Assembly: GCA_965199955.1 (NCBI GenBank)
Contig: CBDATQ010000002.1
Location: 480,001-544,000 of the forward strand
Direction: 5' to 3'
DNA from: Spirochaetia bacterium
Lineage (GTDB): Bacteria; Spirochaetota; Spirochaetia; SZUA-6; Bin103
Length of the DNA stretch: 64,000 nucleotides
The stretch's first letter is position 1. The number at the start of each line of letters is the position of its first letter. Below the pieces are notes generated by a model. That model saw only the letters and a program-made list of their open reading frames with translations, searched no databases and was not told the origin of the DNA. Of the stretch, positions 22,240-31,299 are shown in pieces. The position numbers and the translations under genes are program-made.

Positions 22240-22707
22240 ATGGATGACACGACGGAATGGCTATCGCGCCTGTGCGCGATCTTCGCTGCGCGTACCCGGC
22301 GCCGGCTGTCGACGGTGTCCCGTCTTGCGACCGGGAGCGGAGAGACGATCGCCCGCCTGAAGAGCGGACGCACCATAACGATCCGGCGCGCGGCGCGGGC
22401 GTTTCAGTACCTCTCCGACCACTGGCCGGACGACCAGGAATGGCCTGCCGAGATTCCGCGGCCCGAGGCCGTTCTCGGCAAGGCCCGCCCAAGTATGCGC
22501 CGGAGCGCAGTCCGTCGCCATGTCGCCACCAGCGAGATCGCGAAAGACGTCGCTGTTGAGGCGGGCGTCGAGCGGTTCACCGAGCAAGTGGCCGGTGAAC
22601 CCCATCGATCTCAATCCCGAACGCGTCAAGCATGTATTGGACGGACGGAGGGCCGAACAGGATCTGGCGCGCCAATCTGGACGGGTCCGGAGTCGAGGCG
22701 CTCGTAA
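22240..22707 (+). CDS. Phage Cro-like small DNA-binding protein (first about 75 aa), tail running into YWTD remnant
   Basis: LSTVSRLATGSGETIARLKSGRTITIRRAARAFQYLSDHWPDDQEWPAEIPRP resembles small prophage regulators found divergent from cI. Confidence 0.55.
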   Translation: MDDTTEWLSRLCAIFAARTRRRLSTVSRLATGSGETIARLKSGRTITIRRAARAFQYLSDHWPDDQEWPAEIPRPEAVLGKARPSMRRSAVRRHVATSEIAKDVAVEAGVERFTEQVAGEPHRSQSRTRQACIGRTEGRTGSGAPIWTGPESRRS

Positions 22708-22862
22708 CTTCCGATTTGGAGTCCCCGACCGCGATCGCCCTGGATCTCGTCAATCGAAAAGTGTATTGGGCTCACAGCGGACTGGGCACCATCAAGCGCG
22801 CCAACCTCGATGGGTCCGGCATCGAGGAGATCGTGAGTGGGGGGACGGATCCGGACGACTGA
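22560..22862 (+). pseudogene. YWTD (LDL-receptor class B) beta-propeller fragment
   Basis: MYWTDGGPNRIWRANLDGSGVE...IALDLVNRKVYWAHSG..IKRANLDGSGIE; a preceding partial repeat (PIDLNPERVK) is out of frame. Confidence 0.75.
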
Positions 22863-22916
22863 AGGGAGGTGGCCGCGGCCGACGTCGTCAGGGTCAGTGT
22901 GTGCGGATAGTGCCGG

Positions 22917-25277
22917 CTAAGCGGGAAACAGCTCCAACTGGCGCTGATTGCGGCGGATCTCGTCGAAGTCGAGCTGCAGGAGGCGCAGCACCGGCTCCGC
23001 GACCGGGCGGATCTGGCGCTCGATGTAGTGCTCGTAGTTCAGGAGGTTGTGCTGCCTGCCGGTCGGCTCCGGGCCCTCGACGGTGATGACGTACTCGATC
23101 ACGCCGCGCAGCTCTCCCGCGGCGGGGGCGCCGCGCTTTTGCGCGGCTACCACGTGCGGCGGAAATGCACGGTACTCCCCGGCCTCTTTGCGGAGGGACT
23201 TGCGGTAGACGAGCTGCCGGTCGCACCTTCCCGCCGACACCTCGACGATCACCTGCCGCAGGTAATCGTCGACCGGATCGCCGGCGAACAGGCGGGTGTA
23301 GAGCTCGCGCTGGACCTCGTGGGCGAGCTCCGTCCAGTCGCTGCGCACGACCTCCATGCCAGTGAAGTGCAATCGGCCGCCGGCCAGGCCCACGTACCGC
23401 TTGGTGGCGCCGCGCTCGCCGGAGCGCAAGGGAGGCAGGAACAGGCGCTCGAACAGGGTCTCGAACTCCATCTGCAGTGCGCTCCGCACGCGCCAGGTCT
23501 CCGCGATGTAGCGAGCCAGGTCCTTGGTCAACTCCTCCGCCAGCCGCTCTCCCTGCGCTGCTGCATCGTCTTCGTCCGCCGCGACGAACAGGCTGTCGGT
23601 GTCTCCGTACAGGACCTGGAGGCCGTGCTGCTCCATCCACTCCTTGGCCCAGAGCAGGAAGTGCTGGCCGAATCCCGTGATCGCGTTCGCCAGCCGGTGG
23701 TCGTGGAACCGGCACGATGGCGTGCCCAGCACGCCGTAGAAGGAGTTCATCAGCAGCTTGATGGCGTTGCCGGCCACCGCGTCGCCCGCTTCCCTGGCCC
23801 GTGCGCGGCTTTCGAACAGTCCGTCCAGCAGCTCGGTCAGGATGCCTCGCTCCCGGCGGAAGCAGGCGCCGTTCGGGGCGCGGATGACCTCGCCTTCCTT
23901 CCCGTCGGGAACGGGCTCCCGGATCAGTCCCAGCGGATCGATCTGGAAGGTGCGGATTATGCTGGGGTACAGGCTCCGGAAGTCGAACACCATCACGTTC
24001 CCGTGCAGCCCCGGTTGCGAGGGCAGGACGTGGCCGCCCTGCTGGCCCTGCCGAGCCTCCGTGCCGTTCTCGCCTTGCGTGACTCCGACGGTGGGGGTCA
24101 CCACGCCCCGCTCCCGCAGGCGCGACAGGTACAGAAAGTCGAAGGCGGCGATGGAGGCGCCGGCGCGGTCGGGCGGCATGCCGGTGAGCAGGCTGCGCTG
24201 CACGGTGAACGGAACCAGCTTCAGCTTCTCCAGGATGTCGAAGGCGAGCCGCGCGTCGGTGAGGTTGTACCGCACGAAGCGCTCCGGATCCCGCTCGAAG
24301 GCGCGCTGGATCTCTGCGGCGTGGTCGGCGGCGTGGAAGGTCTTGCCCTCGCCCAGGATGTGGCGGGACGCGGTCTCCAGGCTGTAGTCGGGCAGGCGCA
24401 CCCCGACGGCGCGCAGCAGGCGGATGCCGTCGAGCACTGTCCGGCCCGGGATGAACACCGAGTCGCTGAACCGGCGCGCCCCCTCGCCGCGCTGGCGGAG
24501 CTCGCCCGGCGCGCGGCCCAGCTCCATCGGCACCCCGGCGGCAGCCGCCCGCCGGATCAGCACCGGCACGTCGAAGTCGATGATGCTCCAGCCCGTCAGC
24601 ACGTCGGGATCGAGCTCGCGGATCCGCCGGCAGAGGAGGGTGAGCAGCTCCCTCTCGTCCGCGCACGGCGTCGCGCCGCTCGGGCAGGCGGCGTGCGCGG
24701 CCTCATCCGGACAACACAGCAGGACCTCCCGCGCCCCGCATCCCCAGAGCGACACCGAGTAGAGCTGCTGCGCCTTGGGATCGGTCTCGATGTCGAGTGA
24801 GAGCGTGTTCAGCTCCGGGGTCCAGTCCGCCGGCTGAAGCCGCGGCTCGTGGAACAGCACCGTCCGGGAGAAGCTTCCGCCGAGGGGAGCGGGTTTGCCG
24901 TCGATGCGCATGGCGCTGCGGATGCCTCGATCGATGAGGTGGCGATAAGCGAAGCGGACGTCAGCCTCGTACGTGGGCACGCCGGCGCGGTGCAGCCGCT
25001 CACGCAGCGGCGGAGCCTCCTGGGGGTGAGCCAGCTCCACGCGGCAGACGCGGGCGCCGTGCAGCGTCCGGAGCTCGGTTGGCACGAGCCGGGCGCCTGC
25101 GGCCCGCGCCTGCACCCGGTCCGAGTGCTCGACGTAGAAGTAGGGGACCGCGCGGCCGTCGCGCACGAGGAACGGGCGGCCGTCCTGGAGCTTGCCGTAC
25201 AGGTGGACGACCGCGCGCCCGTCGGCGCCGGAGTTGACGTAGGTCGCGTTGAGGAGGTAGCCGACGAACCCGCTCAC
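22917..25277 (-). CDS. polB: Family B DNA polymerase (DNA polymerase II)
   Basis: ExoI LDIETD, ExoIII YNLTD, FDFRSLYPSII, KLLMNSFYG, YGDTDS, KRY. Confidence 0.92.
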   Translation of the reverse strand: MSGFVGYLLNATYVNSGADGRAVVHLYGKLQDGRPFLVRDGRAVPYFYVEHSDRVQARAAGARLVPTELRTLHGARVCRVELAHPQEAPPLRERLHRAGVPTYEADVRFAYRHLIDRGIRSAMRIDGKPAPLGGSFSRTVLFHEPRLQPADWTPELNTLSLDIETDPKAQQLYSVSLWGCGAREVLLCCPDEAAHAACPSGATPCADERELLTLLCRRIRELDPDVLTGWSIIDFDVPVLIRRAAAAGVPMELGRAPGELRQRGEGARRFSDSVFIPGRTVLDGIRLLRAVGVRLPDYSLETASRHILGEGKTFHAADHAAEIQRAFERDPERFVRYNLTDARLAFDILEKLKLVPFTVQRSLLTGMPPDRAGASIAAFDFLYLSRLRERGVVTPTVGVTQGENGTEARQGQQGGHVLPSQPGLHGNVMVFDFRSLYPSIIRTFQIDPLGLIREPVPDGKEGEVIRAPNGACFRRERGILTELLDGLFESRARAREAGDAVAGNAIKLLMNSFYGVLGTPSCRFHDHRLANAITGFGQHFLLWAKEWMEQHGLQVLYGDTDSLFVAADEDDAAAQGERLAEELTKDLARYIAETWRVRSALQMEFETLFERLFLPPLRSGERGATKRYVGLAGGRLHFTGMEVVRSDWTELAHEVQRELYTRLFAGDPVDDYLRQVIVEVSAGRCDRQLVYRKSLRKEAGEYRAFPPHVVAAQKRGAPAAGELRGVIEYVITVEGPEPTGRQHNLLNYEHYIERQIRPVAEPVLRLLQLDFDEIRRNQRQLELFPA

Positions 25278-25397
25278 CGTGTTCCCGCCCGCTCCTGCGT
25301 GGTCATCGCCGTGCCATCATCCTCGATTTGTCACTCGGCCGCTCCGCACGAAACGTTCGCGTCTTGCGGGCACCCATCGCCTATAGTGGAACTCACC

Positions 25398-26576
25398 ATG
25401 CGCATCACCGACGTCCGCGCGTTCCTGGTATACGGCGGCACGCCAGAGCGGGCCGGCTGGCGCCACTGGCTGTTCGTGAAGGTCCACACCGACACGGGGC
25501 TGTACGGCGTCGGCGAATGCTGGGGCTGGCCGCGGGTCGTGCAGACCGCCATCAAGGATCTGAAGCCGCTGGTCGTCGGCGAGGACCCGTTCCTGATCGA
25601 GAGGATCTGGCAGAAGCTGTACGCCTCCACGCAGGGCCACGGCATGACCGGCGTGGTCGGCTCGGGCGCCATCACCGGCATCGAGCTGGCGCTCTGGGAC
25701 CTGAAGGGCAAGGCCCTGGAAACGCCGGTCTGGAACCTGCTGGGCGGCAAGATGCGCGACCGTATTCGCCTTTACGGCCACGCCTTCGACGAGGAGCGAG
25801 CGCGCGAGCTGGTCGACCGTGGCTTCACGGCGATGAAGCTCTTCGGCTGGCGGGACGCGGTCAGCCGCGTCGGCAGGATGCGCAGCGAGTTCGGGCCGGA
25901 GATCGACCTGATGGTCGACGCCGGCGGCGGGCCGTGGCAGACGCCGGCCGACGCGATCTCGCTGGGCCGACGTCTGGAGCGCTACGGCCTGCTGTTCTAC
26001 GAGGATCCCGTCTCGGCGGTGGACATCGACGGCCTGGCGCGGGTGGCGCAGGCGGTCGATCTGCCGATCGCGATCGGCGAGGCGTATCCCGACCTATTCG
26101 CGCTCCGTCCGCTGATCGAGCGGGGCATCATCGATGTCGCGCAGCCGGACACCGGCCGCTTCGGCGGGCTCTGGCAGATGAAGAAGCTGGCCGCGATCGC
26201 CGAGGCGCACCAGGTGATGGTCGCTCCGCACCAGGGCTCGCTCGGCCCGGTGGCGGAGATGGCGGCGATCCACCTGCTCGCGACCCTGCCGAACTATCTC
26301 ATGCACGAGTACCTGGTGAACGACGTCCCGCAGCGCTACGAGGTCATGATCGGGCAGCCGACGATCGAGGACGGCCACATCCTGGTTCCGGACCGCCCCG
26401 GTCTCGGCGTCGACCTGGACGAGGATGCGATCAAGCGCTACCCGCCGCAGGGAAACGCCATCCTGGTCGTGGAGGACCCGGACTACGGCTATCAGTACGT
26501 CGCCGCCCATCGACGCCGCGCCGCTTGGCTCGCCGAGCCGACCGATGCGACCGAGGTGCTCGGCTCGACCACCTGA
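25398..26576 (+). CDS. Mandelate racemase / galactonate dehydratase-like enolase superfamily enzyme
   Basis: WLFVKVHTDTGLYGVGE, IELALWDLKGK, LMVDA, FYEDP, AIGE, QPD. Confidence 0.88.
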   Translation: MRITDVRAFLVYGGTPERAGWRHWLFVKVHTDTGLYGVGECWGWPRVVQTAIKDLKPLVVGEDPFLIERIWQKLYASTQGHGMTGVVGSGAITGIELALWDLKGKALETPVWNLLGGKMRDRIRLYGHAFDEERARELVDRGFTAMKLFGWRDAVSRVGRMRSEFGPEIDLMVDAGGGPWQTPADAISLGRRLERYGLLFYEDPVSAVDIDGLARVAQAVDLPIAIGEAYPDLFALRPLIERGIIDVAQPDTGRFGGLWQMKKLAAIAEAHQVMVAPHQGSLGPVAEMAAIHLLATLPNYLMHEYLVNDVPQRYEVMIGQPTIEDGHILVPDRPGLGVDLDEDAIKRYPPQGNAILVVEDPDYGYQYVAAHRRRAAWLAEPTDATEVLGSTT

Positions 26577-26579
26577 GGC

Positions 26580-26812
26580 GGTTCTACGACTTCGGATCAC
26601 GTCGACGCAATCTATGACCCCGCTTTTCTTGACGAGCTGGAACGTCTGATAGAGCGGATGCCGAGCCGCCCATGATCGTCGTCATACAATGCGCCTCGGG
26701 CAAGAAGCCGGATACGGGCCATCTTCGCAGGACCAACGGACAGGAGGTCATGTTCGTCGCGGATCCCGAGATCGCTCCCGCTGACGAATCGTACGCGTAC
26801 GCGCGGCCGGAT
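26580..26812 (+). pseudogene. Two gene fragments (a C-terminus ending 26675 and an N-terminus MIVVIQCASGKKP...YARPD) abutting the vapC remnant
   Basis: ATGA overlap at 26672-26675; the second ORF runs into antisense vapC sequence after about 26812. Confidence 0.4.
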
Positions 26813-27025
26813 AATTCGTTCCCGCGGCCCTCCGGCGCGGCGATAGCTCAGCCAGCGCCGTCCGATGCTATCGAGGCGTCGAGCGCGGCGAGCGTGACGT
26901 TGATTTCGCGCAGAGCGGCATCCAGCGCTTCCGGTCACCAAACGCGGGAGCGAGCTCCTCGAACCGTGCTGTTCGTCGGCCAGAAACACGTCCAACAGTA
27001 CGTTGGTGTCGACTGCGGTAATCAC
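26811..27025 (-). pseudogene. vapC: VapC/PIN toxin pseudogene (internal deletion, frameshifts, truncated)
   Basis: MITAVDTNVLLDVF; out-of-frame ELAPAF..ALDAALREINV; GRRWLSYRRAGGPRERII ends before the expected DFLIGAHA motif. Confidence 0.75.
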
Positions 27026-27237
27026 CGTCCGCGGATTTCATCGATATAATCGTCCGTGCTGCCGGTCTTGCTCAGCACGGCATACACCCGGTCGACGGGG
27101 TGTTCCGCGGTGGTTCGCTTGTGAATCAACAGCCCGCGTTCGGTGGGAGTGATCTCGACCTCGACGTTGTGATTCATCCCGAAGCGGTCGCGAAGGGGCT
27201 TGGGAATCGTGATCTGGCCTCGTTCCGAGATCCTCAT
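27022..27237 (-). CDS. AbrB/MazE/SpoVT family antitoxin (VapB-like)
   Basis: MRISERGQITIPKPLRDRFGM; GTGA overlap with the PIN gene; GTATGA...TCATAC inverted repeat upstream (27247-27275). Confidence 0.85.
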   Translation of the reverse strand: MRISERGQITIPKPLRDRFGMNHNVEVEITPTERGLLIHKRTTAEHPVDRVYAVLSKTGSTDDYIDEIRGR

Positions 27238-27413
27238 GTCATCTCCGTATGAAAGTGGGCGTACTGAAATCATACTCGACAGTGCGGATCGCAACCAGAG
27301 CCCTACTGACCGTCGGCGCTGGCATCCGCGCGCGCAGTCAGATCGGTGCTCGGGTTCGGTGAGCTCGGGCAGACTCCCTCGGTCACGCGATGCATCGTAC
27401 AATCCTGTTCGTC

Positions 27414-28241
27414 ATGAAAATCGTACGCTACGAGCAGAACGGGGCGATCGGATACGGGCGTCAGCGGGACGACGGGTCGATCGTCGCCATCGACGACGGG
27501 CCGGCTGCGACCGCCGGGCGGGCGTGGGAGATCGCGCTGGACGCTGCGGATGGGCCGGTGGTCGAAGGGGCGAGGCTGCTGGCGCCGGTGGTGCCGACCG
27601 GGGTGCTGTGCATCGGGCTGAACTACCGCAAGCATGCGGAGGAGTCGGGGGCGCAGGTGCCCGAGCAGCCGATCCTGTTCATGAAGCTGCCGTCGGCGGT
27701 GCAGGCCCCCGGCGGGGACATCGTGCTGCCGCGCCGGCTGCGCAGCGACCAGGTGGACTACGAGGCGGAGCTGGCCGTCGTGATCGGCCGGCCGTGCCGG
27801 AACGTCGCGCGCGAGGAGGCGCTGGACTACGTGCTGGGGTACACCTGCGGCAACGACGTGAGCGCCCGCGACTGGCAGTTGCAGTGGGGCGGGGGACAAT
27901 GGTGCCGGGGCAAGACTTTCGCCACCTTCTGTCCGCTGGGGCCGGCGCTGGTGACGCCGGAGGACATCCCGGATCCCAACGCGCTCGGTATCAAGAGCGT
28001 CGTCAGCGGCGAGACCATGCAGGACTGGACGACACGCGACATGATCTTCGACGTGCCGGAGTTGATCGCCTTCCTGAGCGGCAGCACCACGCTGGAGCCG
28101 GGCACGGTGATCATGACCGGCACCCCGCACGGGGTGGGCTCGGCCCGCAAGCCGCCGCGGTTCCTGCAGCCGGGCGACAGCGTGACCATCGAGATCGAGT
28201 CGATCGGCGCGCTCACCAACCCGGTGGTCGAGGAGTCGTAG
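27414..28241 (+). CDS. Fumarylacetoacetate hydrolase family protein
   Basis: [52 protein letters not shown]. Confidence 0.93.
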   Translation: MKIVRYEQNGAIGYGRQRDDGSIVAIDDGPAATAGRAWEIALDAADGPVVEGARLLAPVVPTGVLCIGLNYRKHAEESGAQVPEQPILFMKLPSAVQAPGGDIVLPRRLRSDQVDYEAELAVVIGRPCRNVAREEALDYVLGYTCGNDVSARDWQLQWGGGQWCRGKTFATFCPLGPALVTPEDIPDPNALGIKSVVSGETMQDWTTRDMIFDVPELIAFLSGSTTLEPGTVIMTGTPHGVGSARKPPRFLQPGDSVTIEIESIGALTNPVVEES

Positions 28242-28243
28242 CG

Positions 28244-29005
28244 ATGGCAGCGCTGAGCGCCGAGCAGGTCGAGCGGTTCCGCCGCGACGGCTACCTGGTC
28301 GTCGACGGGCTGTTCGACACGGAGAGCCTGGAGCCGGCGCGGCGCCGCATCCGGGAGCTGGCGGCGCCGGATGCGCCGGCGATGGAGAAGGCCAAGCGGC
28401 AGGTGGAGCCGCTCGTGGAAGCGGGAGAGATGCGGGCCGACGGCTACGCCGCGTCGCTGCGCAAGATGTCGCACATGGCGTTCGAGGACCCCGTCTTCCT
28501 GACGCATGCGCGGGAGCCGCGGATCGTTGACATCATCGAGTCGCTGCTCGGCCCCGACCTCGTGCTGGCGCAGGACCAGTTGTTCATGAAGCCGCCACGC
28601 GTCGGGTCACGGCAGAAGTTCCATCAGGACACGCCGCTGGGCTTCCACCTGGATCCGCCCGACCGGATGGTCACCTGCTGGTGCGCTCTGGACGAGGCGA
28701 CCATCGCCAACGGCTGCCTGTGGATGATTCCGGGCAGCCACCTGGACGGCGTCACCGACCAGGAGACGTGGCGGCGCTACGAGCCGGTCGACGGCGTGGA
28801 GCCGCCTGAGGCGCGGCCGGTCGAGCTGGCGGCGGGGAGCTGCAGTTTTCACCACGGCCTCATCCTGCACGCCAGCCGTCCCAACCTGACCGACCGGCCG
28901 CGCTGGGGCTACGCCACGCACTATGCCAGTGCACGCTGCCGGTTCGAGGGCGAGGCGGGCGATCACGTGACCATCCGTGGCCGGCGCTTCCCCGGCTGCG
29001 TGTAG
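28244..29005 (+). CDS. PhyH family Fe/2OG dioxygenase
   Basis: FMKPPRVGS..FHQD, WCALDEATIANGCLWMIPGSH, LHAS.PN. Confidence 0.9.
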   Translation: MAALSAEQVERFRRDGYLVVDGLFDTESLEPARRRIRELAAPDAPAMEKAKRQVEPLVEAGEMRADGYAASLRKMSHMAFEDPVFLTHAREPRIVDIIESLLGPDLVLAQDQLFMKPPRVGSRQKFHQDTPLGFHLDPPDRMVTCWCALDEATIANGCLWMIPGSHLDGVTDQETWRRYEPVDGVEPPEARPVELAAGSCSFHHGLILHASRPNLTDRPRWGYATHYASARCRFEGEAGDHVTIRGRRFPGCV

Positions 29006-29014
29006 GGCGCGCCG

Positions 29015-29690
29015 CTACAGAGGCCAGTCGGCGCCGTCCTGCGGGACGAAGCCGATGGTGCGGCGGGCGTGCTCCAGGTCGCGGTAGCGGCCGCGGTTGG
29101 CAGAGACGGCGAACAGGATCGCGAAGCGCAGGTCGGCGGGGGCGTCGATGCAGCGCTCGACCGCCTGCACGGCGTCGCGGTGGCTGAGGTAGACCGCGGC
29201 CTCGCGCGGGTCCCGCGGCTGGTCGCCGGGCAGCACGCGGCCGATGCGCAGGCAGATCATGGACAGGCCGTACGAGTCGGCGTAGTCGCGGGCCAGCGCC
29301 TCGCCGAACGCCTTGGTGGCGGCATAGAGGCCGTTGGGCCGGACCGGGTCGTCGGTGGTGATCGCGTCGCGGTCGGCCGGCACGTCGTCCCAGCGCGCCT
29401 CGACCAGGGCGCGGTACGGCTCGTCCACCTCGTAGCCGGCGGCGACGGCGCCGGAGCTGGCGTAGACCACGCGGCGCACGCCGGCGGCGAGAGCCGCCTC
29501 GAATACGTGGTAGGTGCCGGTGACGTTGGTGGACAGGTGGCCGTACGGATCATTGTCGAGATAGGCGGCCAGATGCACGACCGTGTCGATGCCGTCGAAC
29601 GCGGGCCGGATCGCGTCGAGGTCGTTGAGGTCGGCGCGGACGGTGTCGACACCGTCGACCGGGGAGCGGTTCAGGGCGCGCAGCGTGCAG
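29015..29690 (-). pseudogene. NAD-dependent epimerase/dehydratase (uronate dehydrogenase-like), N-terminal GxxGxxG missing
   Basis: VVHLAA, YASS, YAATKAFGE, CLRIG; upstream in-frame sequence has no start codon or Rossmann motif and gives way to an unrelated hydrophobic fragment. Confidence 0.7.
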
Positions 29691-29900
29691 TGTCGAACCG
29701 GGTCACGTGGTTCAGGACCTTGAAGCCGGCGTACATGAACAGGATGGCCCCCGCGCCGCCGATCACGGCGTACAGCAGGTCAGCAGGACAACCTGAAGGT
29801 CGAACAGGCTCATTTCCCCTCCCCGTGGCGTGGTGCAGCGTCCCGTCTGGCACCGGCCGCCCACGGAGAGGATAATGAGGCCGCAGAGGAGTTGCACAAC

Positions 29901-30863
29901 ATGTCTTCACCGTCCCTGATCGATCCCTTCGGGCCGGACGCAGCGGGCGTCTGGCTCAAGGGCAACCTGCACGCCCACACCACCGAGTCGGACGGGCACG
30001 TCAAGCCCGGCCCCCGCGTCGCCCAGTACCGGGAGCGCGGCTACGACTTCCTGTGCCTGTCCGACCACCACCGCATCACGCGCGTGAACAGCGTGCCGGT
30101 GCCGGAGGGGATGACGCTGGTCCAGGGCGCCGAGATCCATCCGGACAACCCGTTCGGGGGCCAGGGGTACCACCTGCTGGCCTACAACATGACCGACGAC
30201 GTGGACGCCCAGCGCATGCCGCCGCAGCACGTCATCGACGCGGTCCGCGAGCAGGGCGGCTCGGTGTGGCTGGCGCACCCGCACTGGAGCGGCATCAACG
30301 TCCGCCGCGACGTGATGCCGCTGACCGGGCTGGCCGGCATCGAGGTGTTCAACTCGATCTGCCAGCGCATGGGCCGGGGCGAGGCCGGCATCATCTGGGA
30401 CGACTGGATGGACCACGCCGGCCACCCGCTGCCGGCGATCGCCAACGACGACTGCCACGGCAACCCCGCGCACGGCGACGACCTGTTCCAGGGCTGGACG
30501 ATGGTGCGCGCGGCCGACCGCTCGCCCCAGGCGATCGTGGCCGCGCTCGAACGGGGCGCGTCGTACTGCACGACGGGGCCGGAGATCCGCTCGCTGCGGG
30601 TCACTCGGTCCGAGCAGTCGGACGCGGACGATCGGCCGTATCGCCTGGAGGTGAGCTGCTCGCCGGCGGTGCGGGTGACGGCGGTCTGCAGTCTCAGGGG
30701 CGCGGACTACCCGGCCGGTCCGACCGATCCGGCGTACCCCTTCGAGCACGCCGTGCTGGGGCTGCGGGAGGCCGACTGGGTGCGCGTCGAGGTGCTCGAC
30801 ACCCACGGCCGCAAGGCGTGGAGCAACCCGATCGACCTGACCGGGCTGGCCCCCGCCGGCTGA
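29901..30863 (+). CDS. PHP-domain (CehA/McbA-like) metallohydrolase
   Basis: WLKGNLHAHTTESDG, YDFLCLSDHH, LAHPHW, IEVFN, ANDDCH, KAWSNPI. Confidence 0.85.
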   Translation: MSSPSLIDPFGPDAAGVWLKGNLHAHTTESDGHVKPGPRVAQYRERGYDFLCLSDHHRITRVNSVPVPEGMTLVQGAEIHPDNPFGGQGYHLLAYNMTDDVDAQRMPPQHVIDAVREQGGSVWLAHPHWSGINVRRDVMPLTGLAGIEVFNSICQRMGRGEAGIIWDDWMDHAGHPLPAIANDDCHGNPAHGDDLFQGWTMVRAADRSPQAIVAALERGASYCTTGPEIRSLRVTRSEQSDADDRPYRLEVSCSPAVRVTAVCSLRGADYPAGPTDPAYPFEHAVLGLREADWVRVEVLDTHGRKAWSNPIDLTGLAPAG

Positions 30864-30898
30864 CCGGCGGCGCCACACGCACCGCGGTCGGAAAGGCA

Positions 30899-30928
30899 CG
30901 CGGCGGCGCCGGCGATGGCGCCGCCGCG
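30899..30928. terminator. GC-rich hairpin between convergent genes
   Basis: CGCGGCGGCGCC-GGCGAT-GGCGCCGCCGCG, 12-bp stem. Confidence 0.6.
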
Positions 30929-30941
30929 CGGGAAAGGAGGG

Positions 30942-31250
30942 TCAGTTGCCTCCGACGATATCCAGGTAGCGGTCCCACTTCTGCTGGTAGACCTGCACGA
31001 ACCGGTCGCTGCCCAGCTTGGCGACGGTCTGCAGGTACTCGTCCCACTTCTCGTCGATCGACTCCTGGCCGACGATGAACTTGTCCTTCATCTCGTGGTA
31101 GTAGGTGACCAGGTCGCCCCGCACCTCGTTGATGGTGTCGATCTCCTCCTTGGTGCTGGCGATCGGCGGGAACGGCTCGAAGAAGTGCTGCAGCTTCTCG
31201 TCGAGCGGAAAGATCCAGGCAGGGAAGCGGTTGATCCACGCCTGCTTAGG
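30942..31250 (-). pseudogene. C-terminal fragment of an ABC sugar-binding protein (LplA-like)
   Basis: TKEEIDTINEVRGDLVTYYHEMKDKFIVGQESIDEKWDEYLQTVAKLG..VYQQKWDRY; remainder replaced by lower-GC Fic region. Confidence 0.7.
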
Positions 31251-31299
31251 CGGCCCCGTCGATGGCAATAACGACCTCGGTGTGCCATAATCCGGTGCC

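Noticed and set aside
19489..22707. Intact prophage
   Set aside because: Only repressor-like and Cro-like genes; no integrase, terminase, capsid or tail genes
22917..25277. Casposon, pipolin or other self-synthesising element polymerase
   Set aside because: Looks like cellular Pol II; no Cas1, integrase or terminal repeats seen around it
29791..29806. ACCTGAAGGTCGAAC matching the 11433-11474 repeat as a possible att site
   Set aside because: Only about 15 bp, no recombinase nearby; cannot be distinguished from chance by eye
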